Positions 35,993 to 46,600 of a DNA stretch of 64,000 nucleotides are shown here, one piece after another (positions within the stretch are counted from its first letter, which is position 1; the number at the start of each line of letters is the position of its first letter). The stretch comes from Takakia lepidozioides (Eukaryota > Plantae > Bryophyta). The position numbers and the translations under genes are program-made. The DNA lies in the NCBI GenBank assembly GCA_030704615.1, contig CM060731.1:83948001-84012000 (forward strand), given 5' to 3'. The notes under the pieces were generated by a model. That model made no database searches. It worked only from the letters and a program-made list of their open reading frames with translations, and was not told where the DNA came from.

Positions 35993-38900
35993 CTATGGGT
36001 AATTTCTTGTAAGCCTGCGGGGCTTGCAAGCATTGCTCAAGAGAAAGGCTCTGCTCTGTCCTTTGTGTCTATGCCACTGCGTAAGTAATATTGCGAGCGT
36101 ATAGTCTGTTAGTTCCTCCATAGTTTCCAAGTTATAGCATTTATGGCCTGTCCTGTCGAGACGCCCGTTACTCAGAACGACGCCGCCTCTTGCGCTCAAT
36201 TTCCCTCCATTTTCTTGATCCTTTCTCTGGTTTTCTATTGGCTGTATCCGCTGTGACTGGATTTTAAATTTTATCTTCTTTAGTGGACTTTCCCTCTTGG
36301 ATAGTCCACTAGGATCACACATGTGACAAGAATTCGGCTTTTCTGTACTTGCCGTTCGTTCCGTTTCCCTTTTTCCGTACTCATTAATGGGCCTGGCTTT
36401 CATCCCTTTTGACGGCCGTTCTTGTCTTCTTTCTTTTTGACACCTGTCCTTGCACTTCATTGTCTGCTGTGTGTCGCGTCCTGACCTCCACGTGTCTATT
36501 TTTAAAGTAATTTCCGTTTCCTCTTCCGTCATCCATTTTCCTGAAGTTATTATGTGTCCACTTGTCACTGATTCTATGGATCGTGTAACTTTAGTAGACT
36601 GTGTTGAGCTGTGACAGGCTGTGTCATACTGTGTTACGCTGTGATAGGCTGTGATGCACTGTGGTAAGCTGTGATAGGCTGTGACACGCTGCGGTAGGTT
36701 GTGATAGGCTGTGTTGCGCCGTGCTGGGCTGTGATAGGCTGTGTCACGCCGTGATAGGCTGTGATAGGCTGTGTCACGTCGTGATGGGCTGTGATAGGCT
36801 GTGTTGCGCCTTGCTGGGCTGTGATAGGCTGTGTCACGTTTGTTTTGCCCACCCTGGTCATATATGCTGGGCCTAGCGACAAGTGTTCCATACTCCGTTC
36901 GTAACACTGGTGCAGCCCGTGACTGCTCTTGCGGTTCAACATGCAAATCATGCTGCAGGGGTTTGTCATGGATACCACTGTACCCCTTCAACTTATTTGC
37001 ATTGACTCTTCCCAGCATTTCTTTGTTAATGGTTTGTAACATGGCGGTGTTGTTATCATACATCTTTTGTATGACATAAGGTCCTTTCCATGGTGATTTA
37101 AGCTTAGAAGCTTGAATCTTTCCTTTCTTTTGCAACCATAGAACCAAATCCCCTGTCTTAAAAGTCTTTAACTTGCCTTCATCAAACTGTTCCTTTCGCT
37201 TCATCTGAATTCTGGTCATATTATCAGCTGCATCAGCACGTACTTCTTCCACATGGTATAATTCATGTTTCCTGACCTTGATGGAGTCTTGCAATTCCAT
37301 TCTTTTTCCCCACTCCGTTCTCATGGTAGGTAACAGGAATTCCACTGGAAGTAAGGCTTCCATACCATAAACTAATTGGAATGGTGTATACTTAGTGGTG
37401 ACTTTATATGAAGTCCTGTATGACCATAAAGCTGTCAGCAGCTTTGTATCCCAATCCGTTCTGTTTGCATTGACTATCTTAGCCAAGATAGTACATAGTA
37501 TTTTGTTGGTAGCCTCTGCCTGCCCATTACCCTGCGGGTAATATGTTGTACTCTTTCTATGCACAATCATAAACTCTTTAGTCAACAACTCAATGGTCTC
37601 ATTCATGAAGTGACTTCCTTGATCACTGATAAATTCTAAGGGACAGCCAAATCGTGTAAGTATGTTCTCGTACAGGAACCTTGCTGTGGACTTGGCTGTG
37701 TTGTCCCTCAAAGCTTTAGCTTCCACCCACTTTGTAGTATAATCAGTGGCTGTAATTATGTACCTGTTTCGTGTATTCTTGGATGGTGGATTAATTGGTC
37801 CAACAAAGTCTAGTCCCCATTTCTGAAATGGTTCCGTAGGCATTGTAGGATGCAAGGCCATCCTTCCAGATCTCTGCAAAGGTCCTAGCCTCTGACATTC
37901 ATCACACTTCTGACAATACTCATGTACATCTTTGAACAAAGTAGGCCACCAGTATCCTGCGAGTAGTATCTTTCTACTGGTAGTCTCTTCTCCAAAATGA
38001 CCTCCAGCCACTCCTTTATGAACTTCCTCCAAGACTTTATTTACTTCATGGTGGTACAAGCATCGTTTTAGTACTCCATCAGGTCCTAACTTATACATTC
38101 TGCTTCCTACCATAGTATAAGGTAAAGCTTTGATAGCAATTCTCTTCCTCTGCTCCTTACCATAACTAGGTGGGCACTGACCATGAGCAAGGTAGTATCT
38201 GATTGGCCACTGCCAATCTAACCATTCATCTGCACTTCCTTGCACCTCCATTACAAATAAACTCGCATCAGGTAACTGATCGTCCACTCCTGTGGCGGCC
38301 TCTCCTGTTGTTAGTCGTGACAAATGATCTGCCACAAGATGCAAACGGCCAGGCTTGTAAATAACCTCGAACTCAAACTCATGCAAGATTATTAACCACC
38401 TCGCTATCCTTCCACTTATCAAAGGTTTGTTCACCAGATATATCAGAGCCTGGTGATCCACATAAAACATAAACTTTCTTCCCAATAGGTAATGCCTGAA
38501 TTTCTTGACTGCATAAATCATTGCCAATGCTTCTCTTTCCGTTGTACTATAGTTCCTCTCAGCACTGTTCATCAATCGGCTAGCATAGTACACAGGTGAA
38601 TCTATATTCCCTGTAACATTCTGGGCTAACACCGCACCCAACGCTTCTCCTGATGCATCGCAGTGAACATGAAATACTACATGCCAGTGAGGGTTAATCA
38701 GCACAGGTGTAGTTGTTACTGACAGTGTAAGTTCCTCAAACGCCTGTTGACATTCAGCTGTCCAGGCAAACACTGCATCTTTCTTCAGAAGCTTGCTCAA
38801 TGGTGCTGCTATTTGTGCATACCTTTTGACAAATCTTCTGTAATAACTGGTTTGCCCAAGGAATCTTCGTAGACTTTTAACATTCACTGGGGGTGGAGAG

Positions 38901-40036
38901 GCTTTAATGGACTCTGTCTTCTTGGGATCCACAAGGAGTCCCTTCTTACACACAATGTGTCCCAGAAGTACCCCTGAGTTCACACAGAAAGTACACTTAT
39001 CTGGATTCAGGCCCAGACCTCTCATCCTGCATCTGGCCAAACATAACTCCAATTTATGCAAGTGCTCACTCTTAGAGCTGTACACACTGAAATCATCCAA
39101 GAATACCTGCATGAAATCATCCAGATACTCATGAAAAGATTCACTTATCACTCTCTGAAAGGTCGCTGGTGCATTACAAAGTCCAAAGGGCATGGCTTTG
39201 TATGCATAAGCCCCCCAGTCTGTGATGAAAGCTGTTTTCCCTTGGTCTTCTTCTGCCACTTGCACTTGATTATAACCACTGAAGCCATCCATGAATGAGT
39301 ACATCTCATGGCCTGCCACAGTGTCTAATACTGCTTCTGTGAATGGCAAAGGGAAAGGATCTTTCTTCGTACAAGCATTCAGCTTCTTATAGTTTACACA
39401 TACTCTTAGTTTGCCATTCTTCTTGGGAACTATAACAATGGGTGACAACCAAGTTGTATACTCTATTGGGTATATAAACTTAGCCTCAGCCAACTTCTTT
39501 ATCTCTTCTCCAACCTTCTGTGCGTAGTTGGGATTCATTCTATACCTCGCCTGCTTGATTGGTACTGACCCTGGTTCCAGTTCAATCTTATGCTGACAGA
39601 CTTCAGGTGGTATCCCTTTTAGATCCTCATAGCTCCAAGCAAATACATCTCTGTATTTGATGAACAAGCTTTTAGCTTCTTCGAAGAATTCCGGCTCCAA
39701 ATCAGCTCCTACTTTCACCATCCTCGGTTCCTCCTGAGTTCCCACATTTACTTCTCTCACCTGCTCATCAGCTGTGATTGTCCAACCAGTCACCACTTCA
39801 TCCTGTAAGCTCACAGTGGCTGGTTCTTCTAGGATTTCCATCTCTCCCTCCTTTTCTTCATAGAAATGTGGTGGGTAACTGTTGGTTTCCTCTTCAATTG
39901 GTGTTGCCGACACTACACCACAGCAGATACCTCTTAAACAACTTAGGCCTTCCAGTCGCATCTCTGCAACCTGCTCCCACTCTGGGTGTGCAGCGAACAG
40001 GGTAGCTTCCTGCTCCTCATCCAGTCCTCCCCTCCA
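35993..40036 (-). CDS. pol: Pol (RT, RNase H, integrase, C-terminal repeat extension)
   Basis: MDGFSGYNQ, MPFGLCNAPATFQ, FLDDF; HCDASG, REALAM; HKGVAGGHFG..CDECQ, GLDFVGP, SDQGSHF, GQAEATN; GPY motif. Confidence 0.95.
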   Translation of the reverse strand, partial: WRGGLDEEQEATLFAAHPEWEQVAEMRLEGLSCLRGICCGVVSATPIEEETNSYPPHFYEEKEGEMEILEEPATVSLQDEVVTGWTITADEQVREVNVGTQEEPRMVKVGADLEPEFFEEAKSLFIKYRDVFAWSYEDLKGIPPEVCQHKIELEPGSVPIKQARYRMNPNYAQKVGEEIKKLAEAKFIYPIEYTTWLSPIVIVPKKNGKLRVCVNYKKLNACTKKDPFPLPFTEAVLDTVAGHEMYSFMDGFSGYNQVQVAEEDQGKTAFITDWGAYAYKAMPFGLCNAPATFQRVISESFHEYLDDFMQVFLDDFSVYSSKSEHLHKLELCLARCRMRGLGLNPDKCTFCVNSGVLLGHIVCKKGLLVDPKKTESIKASPPPVNVKSLRRFLGQTSYYRRFVKRYAQIAAPLSKLLKKDAVFAWTAECQQAFEELTLSVTTTPVLINPHWHVVFHVHCDASGEALGAVLAQNVTGNIDSPVYYASRLMNSAERNYSTTEREALAMIYAVKKFRHYLLGRKFMFYVDHQALIYLVNKPLISGRIARWLIILHEFEFEVIYKPGRLHLVADHLSRLTTGEAATGVDDQLPDASLFVMEVQGSADEWLDWQWPIRYYLAHGQCPPSYGKEQRKRIAIKALPYTMVGSRMYKLGPDGVLKRCLYHHEVNKVLEEVHKGVAGGHFGEETTSRKILLAGYWWPTLFKDVHEYCQKCDECQRLGPLQRSGRMALHPTMPTEPFQKWGLDFVGPINPPSKNTRNRYIITATDYTTKWVEAKALRDNTAKSTARFLYENILTRFGCPLEFISDQGSHFMNETIELLTKEFMIVHRKSTTYYPQGNGQAEATNKILCTILAKIVNANRTDWDTKLLTALWSYRTSYKVTTKYTPFQLVYGMEALLPVEFLLPTMRTEWGKRMELQDSIKVRKHELYHVEEVRADAADNMTRIQMKRKEQFDEGKLKTFKTGDLVLWLQKKGKIQASKLKSPWKGPYVIQKMYDNNTAMLQTINKEMLGRVNANKLKGYSGIHDKPLQHDLHVEPQEQSRAAPVLRTEYGTLVARPSIYDQGGQNKRDTAYHSPARRNTAYHSPSRRDTAYHSLSRRDTAYHSPARRNTAYHNLPQRVTAYHSLPQCITAYHSVTQYDTACHSSTQSTKVTRSIESVTSGHIITSGKWMTEEETEITLKIDTWRSGRDTQQTMKCKDRCQKERRQERPSKGMKARPINEYGKRETERTASTEKPNSCHMCDPSGLSKRESPLKKIKFKIQSQRIQPIENQRKDQENGGKLSARGGVVLSNGRLDRTGHKCYNLETMEELTDYTLAILLTQWHRHKGQSRAFLLSNACKPRRLTRNYP
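36601..36840. repeat. 30-bp tandem repeat built from 10-bp GTG-initiated subunits, inside the pol frame
   Basis: GTGATAGGCT GTGTCACGCC GTGCTGGGCT, about 8 copies. Encodes (R/N/D)TAYHS... Confidence 0.95.
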
Positions 40037-42978
40037 TCATACTCTCTGACCCCTCGAGGTCTTCTCGTAGCAGGTAATCTATTAGATTTCTTAGTGGTAA
40101 TTTGTATCTCGTGCATCCCATTATGCACGGTTAGTAACTGAGAATTCCAGTCATGGAATACCCTGGCCTGTTTCAGCCACGGACGTCCCAATAATAAGGA
40201 GTAAGCCTCCATGACTTCATCCATTTTTAATACAGTTACTGTGATCATAAAGATCATTTTCTGTATCTGTATCTTAACTCCTCTTATTAATCCCAATGGC
40301 TGCACACTTCTTTGATCTGCCATTGTTACTGTAAATGGGGCTGGTTTCATGTTACTTAGACCAAGCTTCTTCCTTAATTGGTCTGTCATGATATTTACTC
40401 CAGAACCACCATCTATCAGTACATCAGTTAGTTCTGTGCTTCCAATTCTCAATTGGATTACTGGCATAGAATCATCAAAGTCCATGACTGGTTCTCGCCC
40501 TTCCGACTTCACATTATAACTGGTCACCTTGCTGTTCAGGTCTGTGTTTCCTGTCTCTTGGGCAATTCGATTGATTGCCTGATACAGCCTGTGCCTACAA
40601 TAAGGTGCCACAGCTAATAGCTGTCCAATGGTAATTTCTGCTTTGGTCTGACATATTACTGCAGCCAAAGTCTCTTCATTACTTTGCATGTCTGCATCTT
40701 CTTTTTTCCTTTCTTCCTCACTCCCTTCTTTTTCTCCATCCGAATCAGAGGAATCTGCCACAGGAATATCAGTACTCTTTTGCATTTCCCTTATAGTATC
40801 TGCCACTTCCTTGTGCAGTTCCTTCTCATCTTTCCAAGTCTCTTCATCTTCAGGCATATCATTGCCACTTCCAGTCTCATCTTCTTCCTCTTCTACTGGA
40901 GGTATTAGTTTGGCTTTACTTCTTGTTACTATCATTGTACTTACTTCTGGTACAACACATGGCCTAACCATGTGAGCTGCCACCACTGGGCCCTCATTCA
41001 CAGGAGCTCTCATCTCATTCTGGTGTCTTATCCAGAATGAACAGGCTGCCTTGCGATGTCCTGGCTGATTACAATAGTAACATAGCTCTTCACCATTGGG
41101 TCCTCGCCCTTGGTCTGTTCTTGGATTATTTCTATAATCCTGATTCCCGGGCTGGTAATTCCCCCTTGGATTACCCTGATAGTTGCCTCTGGAATTTCCT
41201 TGGTAATTCCCTCTTGAATTACCTCTCCCTTCCATGCCATTGTTATAACCACCAGACCTACCATAGTGGTCCTGATCATTGTTTCTTCTTGGCTGGGGCT
41301 GCACCTGATGCACCCTTACTTGCCTAGGTTCTCTTGCAGCTGTCCTTCTGTTGTAGTAACAATTCTCAGTAGAATGGTTATCCATTTTACAGATAGTACA
41401 GTGTTTCTCCTTCATGTGGCATTCTGTGGTGGTATGGCCTTCATTCTGGCACTTTGCACACCATACACCCTTCCTCCAATGTGTTGCAGCCTCTGTGGCA
41501 TACTTCTTCAAGATTTCTTCCAATTTTTTTTCATAGTTATCCCTCTTCAACTTTTCCTTTCTCTTACTCTTTCTTTTTAGTTCTTGCTCTTCTTCTTCAT
41601 CTGACTCATCCTCAGAGTCCTCATCTTCTTTTTTCTCTCTCCTGAGCATTCCCAATTGCTCAATTCTGTTCGCAGTTTCAAATGCCTCCTCCACTGTGTT
41701 ATGGGGTAACATATCCACTTTCTTTTGCAACTCTGGTCTTAGTCCACTCACAAACCAAGTCTTCTGTAAACCGGGCGCTGGTACTGCAGCCAGCTTTTTC
41801 ATCATCAATTCCATCTTCTCCATATACTCTTCAACAGTTTCATGCTTCTTCTGCTTCAGCTGTTGTAAACTTCCATACACTTCATCCTCAGTTTTACTTG
41901 TCCTGAACCTATTTCGAAATGCTGTATTCAAGCCATTCCAGGTTAGGAAATGATTATCAGGGAATCTTGCATACCATTCACTTGCTTTCTTGATAAGTGA
42001 ACAAGGAAACAGTCTCATCTTGGCATCATCGCCATTCTCATTGTTCACTATACACATGTGCTCAAATTGGCTAATGTGTACATCGGGATCCCCTTTTCCT
42101 GAATATATTGGAAAGGGTGGTTTTGCCCGTGTTGGTTGTAACGCCATCTGTGGCCCTACCCTCTCCCCACTGACAGGTGCTGGCACCCTTGCTGGTGCTG
42201 GTCCTTCTGGACCTGTTGTTTTTGTGGTGGATCTTCCACCAAGTGGTGGCCCTTGAGCACTCCTTGCTTCTGGTCCCACGATATTCACAGTATTCCCAGC
42301 TTCAGTTGCACTACTTCCCACACTCCCTGTCCCCCCAGAGCCACATCCAGGCAGCCCGCCTGATCCCCCTGAGCCGACACCTTCGTTGGCCTGTGATCCA
42401 AGTGCTCCACTTGATCCAGGTCCAACGGGTTGGGATGTCCTGGTTGTAGTCTCAACCTCAGCTGTTGGGTCTACTTCTTCATATTCTTCCTCTTCTAATT
42501 TCTTCTCTCTGTTTTCATCCTCCAAGTTCTGCCCTTGGGTTTCTTCTTCACTCATGTAACTCAACTGTAATGGTGTTGGAGAGTCTGAACTCTCCGTTGG
42601 CTCTGCCACATCCTCTTCTCCTTCTTCATCTTCTGCTTCAGAAACTGGAGTTCCTGCTTTTGGTGTTCCATGCCAACTCTTATCAAAGATTTCTGTCAAG
42701 TCTTTTATCCAAGGATGTACCTCAGATCTTTCACCTCGTGATTGATCTTCTTCCTGTACCAATTCCCTTAATCTTTCTTGCAAAGAAACAGAAGGAGTGG
42801 CATCCAACTCTAGTTCTTCCGGTATAGGTGATGCACTCTTTGATCTTGATGGTGTGAGAGGTCCAGATGATTCCCCTATGTCTATTCCTCTCTCCCAAAG
42901 ATATGGATAATTAGCTTTCAGATAGCTTTCTCTTTTTGCTGAATATCTCTGTCGTCTCGCTTCTCTTTCATCACTCAT
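39943..42978 (-). CDS. gag: Gag-protease with three CCHC zinc knuckles
   Basis: YSGKGDPDVHI, LFPCSL..KASEWY, LKQKKHETVEEY; CAKCQNEGHTTTEC, CTICKMDNHSTENC, CYYCNQPGHRKAAC; protease LIDGGSGVN..LLGRPWL. Confidence 0.93.
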   Translation of the reverse strand: MSDEREARRQRYSAKRESYLKANYPYLWERGIDIGESSGPLTPSRSKSASPIPEELELDATPSVSLQERLRELVQEEDQSRGERSEVHPWIKDLTEIFDKSWHGTPKAGTPVSEAEDEEGEEDVAEPTESSDSPTPLQLSYMSEEETQGQNLEDENREKKLEEEEYEEVDPTAEVETTTRTSQPVGPGSSGALGSQANEGVGSGGSGGLPGCGSGGTGSVGSSATEAGNTVNIVGPEARSAQGPPLGGRSTTKTTGPEGPAPARVPAPVSGERVGPQMALQPTRAKPPFPIYSGKGDPDVHISQFEHMCIVNNENGDDAKMRLFPCSLIKKASEWYARFPDNHFLTWNGLNTAFRNRFRTSKTEDEVYGSLQQLKQKKHETVEEYMEKMELMMKKLAAVPAPGLQKTWFVSGLRPELQKKVDMLPHNTVEEAFETANRIEQLGMLRREKKEDEDSEDESDEEEEQELKRKSKRKEKLKRDNYEKKLEEILKKYATEAATHWRKGVWCAKCQNEGHTTTECHMKEKHCTICKMDNHSTENCYYNRRTAAREPRQVRVHQVQPQPRRNNDQDHYGRSGGYNNGMEGRGNSRGNYQGNSRGNYQGNPRGNYQPGNQDYRNNPRTDQGRGPNGEELCYYCNQPGHRKAACSFWIRHQNEMRAPVNEGPVVAAHMVRPCVVPEVSTMIVTRSKAKLIPPVEEEEDETGSGNDMPEDEETWKDEKELHKEVADTIREMQKSTDIPVADSSDSDGEKEGSEEERKKEDADMQSNEETLAAVICQTKAEITIGQLLAVAPYCRHRLYQAINRIAQETGNTDLNSKVTSYNVKSEGREPVMDFDDSMPVIQLRIGSTELTDVLIDGGSGVNIMTDQLRKKLGLSNMKPAPFTVTMADQRSVQPLGLIRGVKIQIQKMIFMITVTVLKMDEVMEAYSLLLGRPWLKQARVFHDWNSQLLTVHNGMHEIQITTKKSNRLPATRRPRGVREYDGGEDWMRSRKLPCSLHTQSGSRLQRCDWKA

Positions 42979-42999
42979 GTCCCATGTCTTTCATTTCTT

Positions 43000-43696
43000 T
43001 TAATGTGGCAATAACCAAAACTCTCTTCTGTAATATCTCTCGTATATGCCTGGGTTTCTTTCAAGCTTCAATGCACCCTTGGCTATACTTGAAGTCTCCG
43101 TTACCATATAACCATATGGCAAACAAGTCTGAAAAGCTGTTCTTGGTGTGAGTTTGATCCACAAAATATCCTTTGGAATCCAATTCTTTACCAGTACAAG
43201 CTCTTCATGCATATGAGTATAAACATTCACCTTTCTTTCTTCCCAGCCTTCAAACTCTACTCGTTTAATGGATAGCAATGCTATTCACATAAACCAATGT
43301 TGGTAACCAATGTGCTCTTCCTCTACAGGCTACCTGATAAATCTTTATCACTCCTTTCTCGAGACCCCATTCTGGATCAGCATCATGCACTCGTTTAAGA
43401 ATATTTTCTTTACAACCGTCTGGCAATTCCAAGAACCTTTGAAAGAATCGTTTGGACAATCTTTCTTCCTTCGTTCCACAGGGAATTTGATTCACTTCAA
43501 ATTCTTTAATGGTCCAACCACCATGATCCCACCAGATGCCTGTCACATCTGGTTGTTCATGTCCCAGGCTCCCAGTACGGTCGCCAAATGTCGCGCGGCT
43601 TTTACTCACCCATCCCTTCGCTATCCGAGGCGGAAACTCCAAGATAGAAGATTTGGAAATCTCTAAGTACTCAACCCGCGCAGAACAATCAGTCAT
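43000..43696 (-). CDS. 5' extra ORF upstream of gag (~230 aa, one frameshift)
   Basis: Overlapping ORFs 43265..43696 and 43000..43278, ending ~20 nt before the gag ATG. Protein-like, W-rich composition. Confidence 0.5.
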
Positions 43697-46600
43697 GACC
43701 TACAGCTAGTGTATCATGGGGGTGTTTCCTAATTGGCCTACTTCAAGGCCAAGGAACGATCCTCCCCGAGGATCGAATCGCCTTACTGCAACAACATTGC
43801 TTGCGATCGCTCATGATGCCGCTTTTGGCATCACCTTGAGCAAGGGTTCACCTGGAACCCTCTTTGACTAGGAAGATAACCTTGAACCAACCATGCGCCC
43901 CAATCACTACAATTGGGTCCGCCTTGGAATGCTCGCCTGAGGTACGGGAACACGCCGAAGCCGCACTACGACTTTGTCCCGAGGCTACACGATTATAGTA
44001 CGTGAACGGAAGCGCGTAGCTTCCGCGTTAGCCCGCACTACAAGGCAACCCCTCGGTAGCGCAGTTATAGTACGCGCACGCGCCAGGTGCGCACTAGCAC
44101 GTGAACTCCCAAAGAAGGCGCAAGTTTCCTTGCCCCTTGGATGGGAGTCACCCGATTTCGGCACTGCGCAAACACACGATTAACCCAATTTACCTCTCCC
44201 ACTTTTGTAAGCTAGCATGCATTCTACACACTAGCCAACCACACCATGCATCACCATTCCAAACACAATAGGACGCACAATATTTGGAACCCATTTCCTT
44301 TATAACAAATTTTGTACAATACAAGTTTTTGCAATCGGATTCCTGAGCTAGCTAAACCGGGCTAAGCATGCATTTCCTCCCCCACGCTCCAAGGTTGATG
44401 TCCCCATCAACGCTTCTTCCGCTTTTGAGGTCGCCCTTCGAAAGCTGCAACCGCCTCGGATGCGTTTCCCATTTCTGAGGCACACACCCAAGATGCCTCC
44501 ACATGATGATAGCCCTTCCATTTGACGAGATACTCCGTTTCTCGGTTCCTGAACCTCCTCGACTTAAGTATTGCCTCCACCTCGTACTCAAGTTCATTTT
44601 CATGATCCAACAGCATAGGTGGCGGACGCATCACTTGATGCCGATTCGGACGCGCTTCATCTTTGAAGTAAGGCTTCAAAAGGGAGACATGGAATACTGG
44701 GTGCACCTTGCTGTTTGCCGGCAGCTCCAATTCATACACATCCTCATTCATAACCTTCCGAATGCGAAAGGGTCCCGCATACGGAGGTACGAACTTCGGA
44801 CTCACTTCCGGAGGTAGTCGGAAATTCTTGATGTTCAACCAGACCTCTGTGCCTGCCTCAAACTTCACTTCCCTCCGCTTCCGATTCGCCTGCCTTTCAT
44901 ACCGTTTCCTAGCTTTGGCAATATTGTACTTTGCGAGCTTCAACAAACGCTCGCGTTCTTCCAGTACCGCCGCTACTGTCGGTTCCTCAACGTCCTGGGC
45001 GGCCCAACTTGTCGGCACCAGAGGTGCTTTTCCATAGACCAACACGAAAGGGGAAACTCCCATTGCGGAGTGTTCTGTGTTATTATAGCAGAACTCTGCC
45101 GCGTCTAAGTGTTCCATCCAGTCTGATTGGTCTGCCGACACGTAATTCCGCAAGAATTGCTTCACTACGGAATTCACTCTTTCCATTTGGCCGTCCGTCG
45201 TAGGTCGGAAGGCGGTGCTCATCTTCAGCCTCGTCCCCATCTTCTTCAAAAGTGCTCTCCAGAATTTACTCGTAAACTTTGGATCGTGGTCCGAGACAAT
45301 ATCCTTCGGGACTCCATGATGCTTTAAGACGTGGGCAAAGTAAAGTCGCCCTGTCTCCTGCGCCGTTGCCGTCTCCTTGGTGGGGATGAAATGGCCCATT
45401 TTACTGAACCTATCTACCACCACCATGATTGCATCGAATCCTTTTGACAGCGGCATAGCAGTCATGAAATCCATCGAGATGCTTTCCCAAGTCCCCTCTG
45501 GAATTGGCAAGGGTTGTAACAGCCCCGCTTGCTTTTTGTACTCGCTCCGGTTTTGTTGGCATGTGGTGCATGTCTTGACATACTCCTCTGCCTCCTCCCT
45601 CAGTTTGGGCCAGAAATACTCTTTCTCCAAGAGTGCCGCAGTGCGCTTGGCTCCGCCGTGGCCCGCAAGCGGGCTATCATGGCATTCTCTCAAGAGGCTA
45701 TCTCTGATCCCTCCCTTTGGCACGTAGAGACGCTTTTGCTTATACCGGAGCAGTCCATTTTGCAAGTGGAACTGCGATTTAACCCCCATCCTCAAGTCCT
45801 GCATCACGGACTTCGCCAGCTCATCCTTCCGGTAAGCCTTCCGGATCTTCCTTTGGAGCGCCGTCTCGCCCTTGTATACCAACAAGAGCTGCTGCTTTCT
45901 ACTAAAAGCATCGGCCACCACATTGTCCCGTCCCGGTTTGTACTGGATATCCACGTCGAACACTGCCAAAGTATCTTGCCACCTAAGTTGTTTTGGGGAC
46001 AACTTGGGCTGCGTGGCAAAATACTTCACCGTGACATTGTCCGTGAACACCTTCACTGGGTTGGAACCAACATAGTGGCGCCAAAGCTCAAGGCAATGCA
46101 CCACCGCCTTCATCTCTTTTTCGTGCGTCAGCCACCGTCGCTCCACTTCATTCAGTTTCTTACTTTCGTAAGCCACTGGACGTCCATCTTGCATAAGTAC
46201 ACCCCCAATCGCGAAGTCCGATGCATCTGTATGAATCTCAAACGGACGATCGAACTCCGGGATTTTCAAGACTGGAGCTTCCGTCATCCGCTGCTTCAAT
46301 TCAGCAAAAGCTTGGCCACAAAATGTGTTCCATACCCAAACTTTGGATTTACACAGAAGATCCGACAGCGGCCCCGCGATCTTGGCGAAATTTCTCACAT
46401 ACTTCCGGTAATAGGAGGCGAGTCCTAGGAAGGATCGCACTCCCGGGACCGAAGTCGGAGGCTCCCAGTCCAAGATCGCCCTCACCTTTCTGTCATCCAT
46501 TTTGATCCCATCCTGTGTAATCACATGCCCCAAGAACTCCACTTTCATGACCCCGAATTTGCACTTTGAAGCTTTGGCATACAGCTTCCCTTCCCGCAAT

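Larger units (their letters stand above)
32513..43732 (-). mobile_element. Non-chromoviral Ty3/Gypsy (Phygy/Athila-like) internal region with 5' and 3' extra ORFs; both LTRs missing
   Basis: Order is extra ORF, gag-PR, RT-RH-INT, extra ORF, all on the same strand and abutting. Confidence 0.9.

Noticed and set aside
39943-40036. Programmed -1 frameshift between gag and pol
   Set aside because: There is no X XXY YYZ slippery site in the overlap. Restoring one T at ~40036 (GAT TGG) gives a natural EYDW..GLDEEQE continuation, so a 1-nt deletion or sequencing error is simpler.
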